From sequence record OR062945.1: 64,000 nucleotides of DNA, one strand, 5' to 3'. The DNA is from Escherichia phage 308Ecol101PP. Below the pieces are notes generated by a model that searched no databases, was not told the origin of the DNA, and saw only the letters and a list, made by a program, of their open reading frames with translations. Position 1 is the first letter of the stretch, and each line of letters opens with the position of its first letter. A program made the position numbers and the translations under genes. This document shows, in pieces, positions 63,965 to 64,000 of the stretch.

Positions 63965-64000
63965 TATTCAATCCACTCAAATTTAACAGTTTTATTCACA
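63965..64000 (-). CDS. 34: gp34 long tail fibre proximal subunit, C-terminal fragment
   Basis: Open minus-strand frame ending ...EWIE-stop at 63965-63967; assignment by synteny only. Confidence 0.3.

Noticed and set aside
1-64000. CRISPR arrays, tRNA or rRNA genes, insertion sequences, integrase or attachment sites
   Set aside because: No regularly spaced direct repeats, no cloverleaf-like tRNA candidates noticed by eye, and no transposase- or integrase-like ORFs; the region is a contiguous lytic-phage gene block. A tRNA scan was not possible without tools.

Overview
This window reads as the early and middle gene region of a T4-like (Tevenvirinae) myovirus, ending in late tail-fibre genes on the opposite strand. 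The DNA polymerase matches my memory of phage RB69 gp43, so an RB69-like phage is likely, but nothing here was checked by database search. Plus-strand gene order follows the T4 map: nrdC, 49, nrdD, nrdG, nrdH, 55, 47, 46, rpbA, 45, 44, 62, regA, 43, 42, uvsX, 40, 41, dmd, sp, 61, 56, soc, modA, modB, srd, dda, dexA, 39, rIIA, rIIB, ndd, 52, motA, asiA; then t, 38, 37, 36, 35 and the end of 34 on the minus strand. The canonical T4 glucosyltransferase genes are missing from both of their loci. In their place sit a four-gene sugar-activation module between genes 43 and 42 (SIS isomerase, nucleotidyltransferase-kinase fusion, HAD phosphatase, Cys-rich protein), two unknown genes at the bgt locus, and a GT-B glycosyltransferase between gene 39 and rIIA. 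Together these look like a DNA hypermodification system, most plausibly arabinosylation of hydroxymethylcytosine, and this is the main finding. Other points of interest are a small-protein family sharing an RPTKRQ basic tail, a tandem triplication of dexA.1-like genes, inverted repeats built around promoters, and near-uniform UUCG-tetraloop terminators. Where the ORF track began at TTG/GTG or an upstream in-frame codon, I moved the start to the codon supported by homology or a ribosome-binding site; all starts are inferred from sequence only.
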